A stretch of 64,000 nt of DNA from Octopus vulgaris (GCA_951406725.2 OX597836.1:15066001-15130000); one strand, 5' to 3'. Positions 1-13,060 are shown, counted from the stretch's first letter. Notes: a model not told the origin generated them from the sequence alone. Made by a program: numbers and translations.

Positions 1-583
1 GGTTATATCATTTTCTTGAATTTTAAAAAATTTTATTTCATTTTTATACAACAATAATATCGCTTAAAAACGTTCACCCATTGAGCCCCTAATATTTTTT
101 TCTGTATCTCATTATAGTATCTTAAGTTTCATAGTGTCTTGCCCCTTTAACTGGTAATTAACATCATGAATTAATGTCGATCCTTACCCTACCTCTTTTT
201 TTTATAGACAGTTATTTATATCTAATTGACTCTTTCTAAAGCTTTTTTTTTTTCTCTTGTGGGTAAAGGAATACCTATGACAATATTTATGACTAATAGC
301 TAGTCATGAGCAGACAACTCCCTTTTGCTCTTTATTCTAAATATACAGTCTTCTAGTCTCAGATTTTAGTAGATGATAAAGAGATAAATAAATTGGAAAT
401 GAATTACATACAACCCTATGACCCCACTATGCTCCATGCTATTCTAAGAAATTGTAGTCTGTTTTTCTTAGCCATTCTTGCAACAATAGTGACAACATGA
501 ATTTATACATCTTCCTCTGTTGAAATATTTAAGAAAAATTATATTAATGTAGCCTACCTGTTGAAGTTCCACATATTTTTTTG

Positions 584-669
584 TGCAGCTGAAGATAGCA
601 CTGTATTCAAATTGATGTAATGATTGCATTGTTCAATGAAATGGAGCCACTTAAAATGGTCATACTGCA
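584..669 (+). ncRNA. Degenerate type I hammerhead ribozyme motif in a Penelope-type terminal repeat
   Basis: TGCAG-CTGAAGA-(long stem II)-AAAATGGTCATA-CTGCA: stem I is complementary and the CTGAAGA core is intact, but the GAAAC/GTH part has decayed. Homologous to the reverse complement of 4413-4500. Confidence 0.5.
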
Positions 670-794
670 TTACTACTTGATATCCTGTTGCTTATTTTGA
701 TTTTATTCACCTTACTTCAAGCTGTGCAGATAATACCGGACTGACTTGGTGCTTCAATTTAAGTACCTAATTCAACTGAATCTTAATTACTTCT

Positions 795-828
<34 letters not shown>

Positions 829-999
829 TATATATATATACACACACACATACATACATATATGTACACACATACACGCATTTGTATGTGTATGCATGCT
901 TTCTTATTGTGTAAATCTGTCACCAATATTCATTGGTAAAATAATGTAGCCATTGGAAAGAAAACCAATAATAAACCAAAGCATTCAGACAAAATGTAC

Positions 1000-1093
1000 C
1001 TTGTGGTGTTTATTCTGCCCATGTTGCACAGACATCCCCTTTCCACACTTGCCATTGAAAATGTAGTGAACCAGTGATTGGTGTGTTACAAAC
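1000..1093 (-). other. Candidate internal exon of an unidentified minus-strand gene
   Basis: Unique sequence bounded by gttggttccag|GTT and CAAG|gtacat (94 nt). One frame is fully open (FVTHQSLVHYIFNGKCGKGMSVQHGQNKHHK); another has an internal ATG (MASVERGCLCNMGRINTTR). Confidence 0.4.
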
Positions 1094-1334
1094 CTGGAAC
1101 CAACAATTCTATTGTTCACAAAATATAAATAAAACAGAAATAAAAATAAATAAATCTATTATAATAAACGTCAAATTCTGTCTGTCCGTCCATCAGGGAC
1201 CCCTAAATCTCAGTCTACATTTGCTGAAAATAAAGAAACAAAAACAAAAAGAAAAAACACCCCTTGCCCAGTAAATTATAAAATACAAATCTGTGTTCAC
1301 TGTCAGATTATTAGGAAGAAAAAAAAACAAAACA

Positions 1335-1496
1335 GGCACAGGAGTGGCTGTGTGGTAAGTAGCTTGTCAACCAACCACATGGTTCCGGGTTCAGTCCCAC
1401 TGCGTGGCACCTTGGGCAAGTGTCTTCTACTATAGCCTCGGGCCGACCAAAGCCTTGTGAGTGGATTTGGTAGACGGAAACTGAAAGAAGCTCGTC

Positions 1497-1531
<35 letters not shown>

Positions 1532-1750
1532 TGTGTTTGTGTGTCTGTGTTTGTCCCCCTAGCATTGCTTGACAACCGATGCTGGTGTGTTTATGTCCCC
1601 GTTACTTAGCGGTTCGGCAAAAGAGACCGATAGAATAAGTACTGGGCTTACAAAAGAATAAGTCCCGGGGTCGAGTTGCTCGATTAAAGGCGGTGCTCCA
1701 GCATGGTCGCAGTCAAATGACTGAAACAAGTAAAAGAGTAAAAAGAGTAA
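1335..1750 (+). mobile_element. tRNA-derived CORE-like SINE (family A), full length
   Basis: A box TGGCTGTGTGG, B box GGTTCAGTCCC, ACCTTGGGCAAGT motif, central (TA)n tract, tail CAGTCAAATGACTGAAACAAG(TAAAAGAG)n. About 20 copies in the window. Confidence 0.9.
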
Positions 1751-2049
1751 AATAAGAACTAAAATTAAACAAAATAAAGCTGAAATTAAGCATTTAGAGA
1801 TAATGATGTGGTAAAATGATAAGGAGAGATGGTTTCATGTGCTTCGTTCGATCCATTTTCTCTTAGTCATCCCTTCGTATAAACTCTACAGATACTTTGG
1901 TATTTGAGAAGTATATCCAGTGACAGGAATATTCCCACTGTATGATGACATTTGATGGCCAATAACTGTGGAGAAGCTTTGCATAGCATACTACAAGGCT
2001 TTTACACTATGTGTGCTTCGTGTTTGTGCCCCACTGTCACCATCACTTG

Positions 2050-3163
2050 ACAATCAATGGTGCTTCTAACACCTCATTAAAAGCACACCAGGTTGATCAC
2101 ATCACAGAGAAAGCTGACATTGTTTGATGCAGATCCAGCTAGTTTCCTTGAAAGTTTCCTAACTTAGGATGAGTGTTGGTTGGGTTCATCACTTGGAGAC
2201 AGAGACAAAGAGACAACCCATGCAAAGCAAACAACCATCCTCCCCTGCTCCAAGGAAGGCCAAGGTTTTTTCATCAGCAAAGAAGATGAGGGCTTCAGTC
2301 TTCTGGAATGCAAAAAGCATTGTGTTTATTGACTATCTTCAAAAGGACCACACCACCAATCATCATCATCATCATCATCGTTTAATGTCCGTTTTCCGTG
2401 CTAGCACAGGTTGGACGGTTCGACCGGGGTCTGGGAAGCCAGGAGGCTGCACCAGGCTTCAGTCTGATCTGGCAGTGTTTCTACAGCTGGATGCCCTTCG
2501 TAACGCCAACCACTCCGTGAGTGTAGTGGGTACTTTTTATGTGCCACCTGCACAGGGGCCAGAGGAGGCTGGCAAATGGCCACAATCAGTTGGTGCTTTT
2601 TACGTGCCAGGGGAGGCTGGCAGTGACCACAATTAGTGATGCCACCGCACAGTGCCAGGGAGGCTGGCAAATGGCCACGATCAGTTGGTGCTTTTTACGT
2701 GCCACCAGCACAGACAATGGATAGTATCATTCTAACTTGCAGAGGGGGTTACAAAAGGCTATCAAGACAAATGCTCAAGAAATCTGATGAAAGGAGTGGG
2801 CTTGTTTCATTAGGACAATGCTCCAGCACACAAGAAGTCCTTGGTTTTAATGACTGCTATCCATGACTGTGCCTTTGAACCGGTTAATCCTTGTCACTAC
2901 TCTCTTCATCTGGCTCCATCTGACTGTCATCTGCTCCCCAACATGACAAAACACTTGGCCCAGAAGCAGTATCGCAGTGATGATGACATCATATCTGCTG
3001 TTGATGACTCTTCACATCAACAGGATGAAATCTTCACCAATTTGCTTCCAAGGACTGCAACACCAACGGACCGCTAGGGGGAACTGTGTTGACAAATAAA
3101 TATCATTTAATCACATTCCATCAGAGTATCTTAGTCAACCTATGAACTTTCAGCTGACCTCCT
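2050..3163 (+). mobile_element. Degenerate mariner (D,D34D) transposon interrupted by a SINE
   Basis: DES-WVHH..ETKRQ, ASVFWNAKSIVFIDYLQK, DNAPAH and YSLHLAPSDCHLLPNM motifs. Right TIR AACTTTCAGCTGACCTCC matches the copy at 53898. Confidence 0.9.
2361..2712 (-). mobile_element. (GAT)n-tailed retroposon (family B, RTE-type tail)
   Basis: (CAT)n followed by CGTTTAATGTCCG...GGATGCCCTTCGTAACGCCAACC and internal repeats of GGTGCTTTTTACGTGCCACC. Splits the mariner ORF. Confidence 0.85.
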
Positions 3164-3206
3164 GTGTGTGTATGTATGTATGTATGTATGTATGTATGTA
3201 TGTATG

Positions 3207-3261
<55 letters not shown>

Positions 3262-3293
3262 GTATGTATCTATCTATCTATCTACCTACCTTC

Positions 3294-3379
<86 letters not shown>

Positions 3380-3479
3380 CTCTCTATATATATATCTTTT
3401 TATCTATATACCTGTCTATCTGTCTCTCTATCTATCTATCAATCTATATACATACACACACACACACGCACACGCACAC

Positions 3480-3514
<35 letters not shown>

Positions 3515-3518
<4 letters not shown>

Positions 3519-3730
3519 AAGTGCCAAGCTCTAATTGTGGCCCGGAACCTGTGGAAAGGGGGATACCCAAGAAGATGTGGGACGGAAGTGGTGAGTGAGA
3601 AATGACCTTCAGATATTGAGCCTGACTGAGGAGATAATGACAAGAGACCAAGGATCCTGATAATTTGCTGTGCTTGCGAAGACATGTCAAGCTAAGCAAA
3701 AACATGGCTATCTATACATGCAGGCATATC
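3515..3730 (+). mobile_element. Decayed RTE-clade LINE 3' fragment
   Basis: Frameshifted G-x-P-R-K-x-W-x-E-V-V-like C-terminus. Reverse-homologous to 51380-51520. Confidence 0.5.
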
Positions 3731-4412
3731 CTTTACAGCCATGCCCCCCACCCCTCACATACACACAGTTCTGTCCTCTATCAAACTATCCCCACCCACC
3801 CGACCCATAATTCCCACACCCCCACCACCCACTGCGGGCCTCTCCATTCTCCCTCACATGCCTACCATACTCCACCTCCCGGCCACATCCCATTCCTCTC
3901 AACATCACTTGCTTTCTCTGCTATCTCGAAACATCTCCCCTCACATTCTTATGGAACATTCCCCCCCTCTGTACAACTTATACTACTCTCACTGTTCCCT
4001 GTGGGCAGGCCCTCTCTCTCTCTCTCTCTCACTACAGTCTCTCTCTCTCTCTCTCTGTCACTCTCTTCCACCTTTCTCTCCTTCCTTGTCCAACTGAGGG
4101 AGCCAAGTATCTCTTCAACAGCAAGAGGGCTACCTCTGGCCCTCTATCATATTCTAGTCTCTCGATTCCACTCCTTCTCTCAGCTAAAAGATCTTTGTCT
4201 CGCTAACTTGCAGGTGTTTGTTGCCACATAAAAACCACCCATCCTGGCACCATGTATAAAGCACTGATACCAGTGCTACATAAAAGGCACCCAGCACTCC
4301 GTAAAGTGGTTGGTATTAGGAAGGGCATCCAGCCATAGAAACCATGCCAAAAGATGGTGATTATACATACATACATACATAGAAAGCAAATAACAAGGAT
4401 GTCAAGGTATTA

Positions 4413-4500
4413 ATGCTTACAGCTGTTCCAAGCAGGTCCATTTAATCAAACAGTGCAATCATTACATCCATTTGAAACACATTGCCATCTTCAGATGCAT
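4413..4500 (-). ncRNA. Degenerate hammerhead ribozyme motif, long stem II
   Basis: Reverse complement reads ATGCAT-CTGAAGA-TGGC...-GGAACAGCTGTA-AGCAT; the GAAA is mutated to GGAA. Confidence 0.55.
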
Positions 4501-4587
4501 AAGATCATAGGACATAATGCACTAATACCCTGAGATCCTGGTTGCTTATTTTGATTTTATTCAACTTCAAGCTGTGCAGATAATACC

Positions 4588-5001
4588 TATTTCTTTACCT
4601 CCCACAAGGGGCTAAACACATAGAGGACAAACAGACGGATTAAGTCGATTATATTGACCCCAGTGCGTAACTGATACTTAATTTATCGACCCCCGAAAGG
4701 ATGAAAGGCAAAGTCGACCTCGGCGGAATTTGAACTCAGAACGTAGCGGCAGACGAAATACCTGTTTCTTTATTACCCACAAGGGGCTAAACACAGAGAG
4801 GACAAACAAGGACAGACAAACGGATTAAGTCGATTATATCGACCTCAGTGCGTAACTGGTACTTATTTAATCGACCCCGAAAGGATGAAAGGCAAAGTCG
4901 ACCTCGGCAGAATTTGAACTCAGAACGTAGCGGCAGACGAAATACCGCTCAGCATTTCGCCCGGCGTGCAAACGTTTCTGCCAGCTCGCCACCTTTTAGC
5001 A
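4588..5001 (-). mobile_element. tRNA-derived SINE family C (Meta/MESC-like central domain), tandem multimer
   Basis: Head GGTGCGAGCTGGCAGAAACG, repeated ~180 bp module GTCGACTTTGCCTTTCATCCTTTCGGGGTCGAT. 14-bp TSD GTGCAGATAATACC at 4574-4587 and 5002-5015. Confidence 0.88.
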
Positions 5002-5289
5002 GTGCAGATAATACCAGACTGACTTGGTGCCTCAACTTACATATCTAATTCAATGGAATCTTAATTATTTCTTACACACACACACACACACATATATAAA
5101 TACATAAATATATATATATATAGATATATGCACACACACACATGCACAAATACACACATAAACAAACACACACATACAAGCATACACATGTGTGTGTGCA
5201 CACATACACACATACATATATACATCAATACAGGAAAACAGATTATCCTTTCTCCTTCATACTGTCACTGACCTCTTGCCAACCCCATA

Positions 5290-6050
5290 CAATCTTAAAA
5301 TATGGGGTAAAGAAAAAGACCCATCCATCAAGCAGTGTGGGACCCTGAACTACATTTTGACAGTATACCCTAGAGCACTAAGAAAAGGCCAATACAAATG
5401 AATACATGACAAAGTTCTTTCAGAAATTGCCAAGTGGACTGATCTGCAACGAGTGAAGGCTAATAAACACCAGTCACCACCCCCAAATGGCATCAAATTC
5501 CCAAAGGAAGGTTACAAAGCTCCCATGGTGAAAGCAATGGAAGGGGACCCATTTTCTATTTTGCATTCAGCCTTATACTGGGAGATGCAAGTGGACCCGA
5601 GGGGCAGACTTGTCTTCCCAGAGAAAACATGGGTAACATCAGTCCAACAGGACATGTTCCTGGATGGACAGACTTGGTATTATTCTTTTACTTGTTGCAG
5701 TCATTTGACTGTGGCCATGCTGGAGCACTGCCTTGAAGGGTTTTAGCCGAACGAAACAACCATAAGACTTATTTTTAAAGCCTAGTACTTATTCTATCTG
5801 TTTCTTTTGCCAAACTGCTAAGTTACAGGAATGTAAACACAACAACAGTGGTTGTCAAGCGGTAATGGGGGGGGGGACAGACATAAAGAAATCAAAATTT
5901 AAGGACTTAGTTGATGAAGCCCTTTTCAAGAGATGGCATGAGGAACCCAAACAACTAAAGAAATACATTAGGGAAATAGTCACGGCAGCTGAAACACTCT
6001 GGATGGCTATGGTTGATAAGAGACCTCATGTGGAGCCCTTCTGTAAATGA
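5290..6050 (+). mobile_element. R2-superfamily (Hero-like, RLE endonuclease) LINE fragment, split by a SINE at 5680-5885
   Basis: QCGTLNYILTVYPRALRKGQYK*IHDKVLSEIA (decayed CCHC plus RHD region), WEMQVDPRGRLVFPE..TSVQQD (RPD region) and KKSKFKDLVDE. Confidence 0.7.
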
Positions 6051-7260
6051 AAACTAGCTCTGTCCTTGCTGCCCTACTTAGGTAAAGCATACAGTCTTAG
6101 GGATGAAATGCATGTGACCCTGAGATACCTGCTGATGGGTTTCCAACACTGCAATGGATTTGGAAGAGCTTGCGAAACCTCTAAATAGCTCCTACGGTTT
6201 CTAGATGGGGCAAAGAATCTCTGATGTTTATTTCACCTATATACAGGCACAGGCGTGGCCGTGTGGTAAGAAACTTGCTTCCCAACCACATGGTTCTGGG
6301 TTCATTCCCACTACATGGCACTTTGGGCAAGTGATTTCTACTATGGCCTTGTGAGTGGATTTGGTTGACAGAAAGTCTGAAAGATGCCCATCATGTATGT
6401 GTGTGTGTGTGTGCATTTGTGTGTGTGTGTGAGAGTGTCTTTATGTCTGTCCCCGTCATTACCGCTTGACAACCACTGTTGTTGTGTTTACATTCCTGTA
6501 ACTTAGCAGTTTGGCAAAAGAAACAGATAGAATAAGTACTAGGCTTTAAAAATAAGTCTTAAGGTTGTTTCATTTGGCTAAAACCCTTCAAGGAACTGCT
6601 CCAGCATGGCCTCAGTCAAATGACTGCAACAAGTAAAAGAATAAAAGTGTGTGTGTGTGTGTGTGTGCATGTGTGTGTGTGTGCGTGTGCATGTGTGTGT
6701 GTGTGCGTGTGCATGTGTGTGTGTGTGCTTCTTTGTCTGTGTCCTTTCCTACCATTTGGCAATTGGTACTGGTTTCTTTACTTAGCAGTTCAGTTAAAGA
6801 GACTGACAGAATAAGTACCGAACTTAAAAAACAGGTATTGATGTCAATTTGTGTGACTGATCGCTCAAAGGAGGGGCCCCCGAAACCCAGCAGTCTAAGG
6901 ACTGAAACAAGTATACAGTAAAGGGCAAAACAAGGCATTTTCAGAGGAATCCATACAACATTTATATGCTAAGACACAACAACAACAACTGCAACAACAA
7001 CAACAACTACAATAACAATGGCGATAATAACAATGAATACTCACTTTATCGGTCGAAGGAGAGTTTGTCGACGAATTGTACCCATATTTATTTTCATTGT
7101 TCTAGAAAAGATAATTGGAAACATTTAGTTGTAGGGTGTGTCTGCTATTTGATGAGACATAACCAATTCCCAATCACAGCTCAATTGATTATGACTATGG
7201 GCAACAAACAGCATGTCAAGTTAAAGAACCAAATTTCCAACCCAATGACAGGGTGGCCAC

Positions 7261-7378
7261 CGACTGATGGATTTCATTGATAATGAAACATTCTGTGACT
7301 CCACCCATTAACCATGTAGTCTACGACTGATGGATTTCATTGATAATGAAACATTCTGTGACTCCACCCATTAACCAC
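7261..7378. repeat. Direct tandem duplication, 63-bp period
   Basis: CGACTGATGGATTTCATTGATAATGAAACATTCTGTGACTCCACCCATTAACCA at 7261 and 7324. Confidence 0.9.
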
Positions 7379-7457
7379 CTGTCAGTCTACTTTGTATATG
7401 TCAAACAAAAATATATGAACTTCAAATATGTATAAATAGAATGCTATTTTTTACACA

Positions 7458-7512
<55 letters not shown>

Positions 7513-7558
7513 GTATGTATATATATATGTATATATATATATGTATATATATATATAA

Positions 7559-7602
<44 letters not shown>

Positions 7603-7626
7603 TATGTATATACATATATATACATA

Positions 7627-7658
<32 letters not shown>

Positions 7659-7769
7659 CAACATATATAATATACTAGATGTAATTTGGAATGGTTGTGA
7701 CCACTCCAAGTTGAAAATGTCAATAAGTGGCAGCAAAGGAAAAAATACTATTTCAAACTTCATGCAATA

Positions 7770-8690
7770 AAATTCTTAAATAATACGGTTCTCTTGCCTT
7801 TGGTGTGACAAAATAAACACAATAAAGTGTTTCTTGTTTGAAAACGTTCAAATGGCCTTCAGCTTTTTTCCTCACTTTCTTCTTTACCATACTTTGTTAT
7901 GAAGGTCTCAAATGGAAAACATAAGTACTTCAGCATAAAGTAATGTTTTTTGCAAAGTCATCATTGATTCACAACGAAAAGAATTCTGTCAATGTTGTTC
8001 TCCTGTTGTTCATTGACAGCCATATATATCCTCATTATTTCTGAGCAATATTCTTTGTTCATCTGGTAGAGGAACTTGCAGTCTCACTATTGCAGGTGCT
8101 CTTTCATCATCATCATCATCATCATCATCGTTTAACGTCCGTTCTCCATGCTAGCATGGGTTGGACGGTTCGACCAGGGATCTGGGAAGCCAGAAGGCTG
8201 CACCAGGCTCCGGTCTTATCTGGCAATGTTTCCACAGCTGGATGCCCTTCCTAACGCCAACCACTCCGTGAGTGTAGTGGGTGCTTTTTAGTGCCACCTG
8301 CACTGGTGCCAGGCGAGGCTGGCATCGGCCACGGTCGGATTGGTGCATTTTACGTGCCACCTGCACGGAAGCCAGTCGAGGCGGCACTGGCTTCGGCCAC
8401 GATTCGGATGGTGCTTTTTACGTGCCACCGACACGGAAGCCAATATGGATTTAACTGCTTCGGATGGGCCAATATACCTTCACAATAGACATTGACTAAT
8501 TTTGTTATCATTGTTATATGAACAGCAGCTTGGTCATTTCCTTTCAGTGTGTACTTGATGAAGTACTTAATTTACCTCTCTGAAGCAATAATTTCGATGT
8601 TGCAATGGCATTTGAATGCTCTTAAAAGAGTTTCAATATAAGGTACAATCCATTTGTTTTTCCATTCTTATGGTCCCTTAAAAATCTTCC
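7770..8690 (-). mobile_element. Helitron RepHel relic (Rep motif 3 and downstream linker), interrupted by a family B element at 8106-8441
   Basis: Minus-strand NKWIVPYIETLLRAFKCHCNIE, IKYFIKYTLKGND (KYxxK motif), RYIGPSEA, HERAPAIVRLQVPLPDEQ, TTLTEFF, DDFAK..LLYAEV and [16 protein letters not shown], with stops and frameshifts. Confidence 0.88.
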
Positions 8691-8971
8691 TGTAAAAATC
8701 ACTAAGAGCCCACTACCAGTTGTAACTACTGAGACCCCAAAGCTTGCCCTTTGTGTTAAAACTCACATTTGTAGCTGAGTTAACTTGGAAGTTCCAAGTG
8801 AGAGTGTAATCTTCATTTGATTAAGGTATTCTTGGCCTGATGATTACCTAAGTTAAGTACCCCTCATTGAATAATTATTACTTCAGAGGATCAGCTAGCT
8901 AAGAAACATATATAGGCTGCATTTTACCAATTTCACTCCCTCAATTTAGACATATATTTATATATATATAT

Positions 8972-9179
8972 TCTCTTTTACTCGTTTCAGTCATTTGACT
9001 GCGGCCATGCTGGAGCACCGCCTTTAATCGAGCAACTCGACCCCAGGACTTATTCTTTGTAAGCCCAGTACTTATTCTATCGGTCTCTTTTGCCGGACCG
9101 CTAAGTAACAGGGACATAAACACACCAGCATCGGTTGTCAAGCAATGCTAGGGGACAGGGACAAACACAGACACACACA

Positions 9180-9259
<80 letters not shown>

Positions 9260-9425
9260 TACGACGGGCTTCTTTCAGTTTCTGTCCACCAAATCCACTC
9301 ACAAGGCTTTAGTTGGCCCGAGGCTATAGTAGAAGACACTTGCCCAAGGTGCCACACAGTGGGACTGAACCCGGAACCATGTGGTTGGTAGACAAGCTAC
9401 TTACCACACAGCCACTCCTGCGCCT
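8972..9425 (-). mobile_element. SINE family A, full length
   Basis: Reverse complement of the 1335-1750 element. Confidence 0.9.
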
Positions 9426-9463
9426 ATATATATATATATATATACAAACACAGGCACACACAC

Positions 9464-9685
9464 ACAGAGTTGGCCAAAAGTCACCCGACAGTAAATCACG
9501 ATTCCATAAATACCCTCAGTAATTCTGTATTGACTCGAATGGAAAAAATGTGTCGCTCAAGAAGGACTTCAGTTTGAACAATTTTCATGATGTTTCATAT
9601 TTAGATGCTTTTATTAAATTCATTCAGCTGTTACACATTGGAATTAAATGGTTTTGATTTACTGTCAGGTGACTGTTTGCCAACC

Positions 9686-9690
<5 letters not shown>
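9464..9690. mobile_element. Tc1/mariner-type MITE
   Basis: TIRs CAGAGTTGGCCAAAAGTCACCCGACAGTAAATC / GATTTACTGTCAGGTGACTGTTTGCCAACCCTG, followed by TA. Confidence 0.8.
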
Positions 9691-9749
<59 letters not shown>

Positions 9750-9810
9750 ATAAAACAAGCATAAAGTATTAAATAAAATAAAAAAGGAAAGAAAAAGAGA
9801 TACAATTTAC

Positions 9811-9881
9811 CTGATTACTGGATTTTTCTTTGAGTGCTGCCAATTTATGGTTTAAAGACAACTGGGAATTGTCCCCCATTT
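9811..9881 (-). other. Candidate exon with ATG (MGDNSQLSLNHKLAALKEKSSNQ); coding or uORF
   Basis: Strong polypyrimidine tract, NAGNAG acceptor tgtcagcag|AAATGG, donor CAG|gtaaat. ATG at 9879 is open for 23 codons to the donor. Confidence 0.55.
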
Positions 9882-10341
9882 CTGCTGACACATGTAAGGA
9901 AAAAAAAATAATGAAAATGTAAAAGAATGTGGTGGGGGTTAGCTAAAACATATAAAATATTAGAGAGAGATGAATGGATTACATAATAAAGGTAGTTCAG
10001 TTATGAAATGGTTTACAAGTGGTGGACTTGGTGATGATTCACTGCAGGCGTCAGTCGTAACTGGGAAAGAAGAGAATGAGTTTTGTGAAGAGCAGTTGAG
10101 ATTTATGTTACGCTATATATGTGTGTGTACACACATATATATATACATGTATGTATATGTGTGTGTGTGTGTATATATATATAGACATGTATATATATAG
10201 ATGTGTATGTATTTATGTATGTATGTATAAATAAACGGATGAAAGAATATATATACACATACACACGCGTGTGTGTGTGTACACATATATACATATATGT
10301 ATATGTGTGTGTGTGTATATACATATATATATATAGACATG

Positions 10342-10380
<39 letters not shown>

Positions 10381-10641
10381 AAATAAACAGATGAAAGAAT
10401 ATATATACACATACACATACGTGTGTGTGTGTGAGTGTGTGTGTGTGAGTGTGTGTGAGTGTGTGTGAGTGTGTGTGTGTGCATGCGTGCATGTATAAGC
10501 CAACAGAGGCTTTTGACACATTTTTGCACTGTGAATTTGATAACTTAAAATAAATTTAGGCTGAAGATTAAAGATCAGTATCATACACATATAAATAAAT
10601 AAATACACATGTAAATATCTGCGTGTGTGCATTTTTTTTTT

Positions 10642-10721
<80 letters not shown>

Positions 10722-11244
10722 GATATAATGCTGATCTTTAATCTTCAGCCTAAATTTCGTTGAAACAACCAAGCCTATCTGATTGCCAAATTTTGCCTCC
10801 TCTCCCACCTTCCTCGCCCACCCCATCACCACCACCACCACCACCACAACCAAAATCTGCCCCCCCCCGCAACTGCCACCACCACCACCACCACCACCAA
10901 AATGGTTTATTTCTGGATACTACTGACTGACATAGGAACAAATGTCTCACCATGAAAACATGCATGGTTCTAACCATTCCCTTGTTAATTAAGATCTGAT
11001 AAGGTTATACCAACAAGGGAATCCTCTACATAGTCACCTGACATGCTAGAAAAAGCAGTCAATTTTCGTTTTTTTTTTTTTTCTTACCCCTCAAATTGTA
11101 CCTAGTATACACTGTATCTGGGAGGTGGTTGGCATTAGGAGAGCAAACTGAAAATGAAAGTTCTGAGCAAGATAGATCAAGGAGAGCAGAAATAATATGT
11201 CCCATCCATTCCAGTATAGAAAGAGCACATAGCATAACAATATA

Positions 11245-11600
11245 TCATCATCATCGTTTAACGTCCGTTTTCCATGCTAGCATGGGTTGGACAGTTCGAC
11301 CGGGGTCTGGAAAGCCAGGAGGCTGCACCAGGCTCCAGTCTGATCTGGCAGTGTTTCTACAGCTGGATGCCCTTCCTAACGCCAACCACTCTGTGAGTGT
11401 AGTGGGTGCTTTTTACGTGCCGCCAGCACAGGTGCCAGGGGAGGCTGGCAGCAACCACGATCGGCTGGTGGTGCTTTTTATGTGCCACCGACACAGAAGC
11501 CAGTCAAGGCGGCACTGGCATCGGCCACATTCAGATGGTGCTTTTTACGTGCCACCGGCACAGGTATCACAACTACAATTTCCATTTGATATTTATTTTG
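11245..11600 (-). mobile_element. Family B (GAT)n-tailed retroposon
   Basis: Same sequence as 2361-2712. Other copies at 11957-12358, 14629-14790, 15199-15424, 18391-18560, 31841-32151, 52867-53204 and 57134-57470. Confidence 0.85.
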
Positions 11601-11895
11601 ATGTTGATGTACTTGACTCATATACATGTATGTGTGTATGTGTGTATGTATGTATGTATATCCATATATGCATGGGTGCATGCACATGTATGTACGTGTG
11701 TGAAAGTGTTGGAAAAATTTCTCTCCAAAATATAGAAACGCAAGGTAAAACTACAACTTTGCTCTGTTTTCTTTTCACTTTGTACCTGCTCACATTGTTC
11801 TGGCTTTACACAACTACATATATATAAATGTTTTTTTCGTAATGAGATAAAAAAACCAAGGCTAAGCAGATTATAGAACATTTATAGATAGAAGG

Positions 11896-11941
11896 TCTTA
11901 CAGCTGTTTCCGGGATATTTATTATATCCCTTCTTCGGAGA
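11896..11941 (-). ncRNA. Minimal type I hammerhead ribozyme motif
   Basis: Reverse complement reads TCT-CCGAAGA-A-GGGATAT-AATAA-ATATCCC-G-GAAAC-AGCT-GTA-AGA: perfect 7-bp stem II, palindromic stem III, U4C change in the core. Confidence 0.65.
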
Positions 11942-13060
11942 TGGTATGAGAGAATATCATCATCATCATCATCGTCATCGTTTAACGTCCGTTTTCCGCG
12001 CTAGCACGGGTTGGACGGTTCGACCGGGGTCTGGGGAGCCAGGGGCTGCACCAGGCTCCAGTCTGATCTGGCAGTGTTTCTACAGCTGGATGCCCTTCCT
12101 AATGCCAACCACTCCGCGAGTGTAGTGGGTGCTTTTTACGTGCCACCTGCACAGGTGCCAGAGGGGTCTGGCATCGGCCACGATCGGTTGGTGCTTTTTA
12201 TGTGCCACCGGCACAGAAGCCAGTCAAGGCGGTGCTGGCATTGGCCACGTTCGGATGGTGCTTTTTATGTGCCAGTGGCACAGAAGCCAGTCGAGGCAGG
12301 GCTGGCATGGGCCATGTTCGGATGGTGCTTTTTATGTGCCACCGGCACAGAAGCCAGTTAAGTAATAGTTAAGTAATAGTTAATTTAGATATGAATGCAG
12401 GGTAAAGTAAAAGCAAAATGTATGTGGATGACAGTCTGGTGACTGAATATCTCCTCGCCAAAGGTCTCTTCAGTGAGACCTGACCCAAAGTTATACAAAA
12501 ATACCAACTGACAACAACTATACTGAAACTCCAGTTTATCTCTACTTCTTCATTTTATGACAGGCAAGGTCTGTTCAGTCAGATCTGGCTGAGGCTACAC
12601 AAAAACACAGACAACACCAACAACAACTGTATTAACATCAGTTATCCCTACTTAGTTAGTTAGTTAATTTTTGGCTCAAAAAGCAAAAAGCAAGGCCATG
12701 TAGGGGGACATGGAGTTATGTACAGGGTGGTGTTCATGTAAAGAGTTCAGGCCACATGTGGTCAAGGGAGACTTCTTCAATTTATGAAAGCCAAGGAAGA
12801 CAATGGGTACTACTCATCCACCTCTAATGAAAATATATATATATATATATAGATATAAACAAAAAATTTTTAAATAATTTAAATAAACTTCCAGTAAACA
12901 ATGTCTGTGACTTGGTAATTATTCTGATCTGAAACCGATTCACTTCAATTTTGGTTATGAATGTTCTACGAAAAAGGCTCAAACATCACACAACCCCCAA
13001 CCTTCTTCCTTTGATAGAAATCTGCAGGATTGTGCCAAAGTAAGGAATCAAATACCTTAC

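Noticed and set aside
3142-3605. Long ORFs rich in YI/YLSI/HT/CV (also 7422-7770, 10103-10632, 37330-37858, 41826-42510, 53598-53933)
   Set aside because: Translations of (TA)n, (CA)n, (TATC)n and (TATG)n microsatellites that lack stop codons.
9148-9391. Recurrent peptide [42 protein letters not shown] that looks like a gene family
   Set aside because: It is the antisense translation of the SINE A head, present in every copy.
11096-11827. Longest ORF (243 aa)
   Set aside because: Runs through a family B retroposon and microsatellite; no protein-like content.
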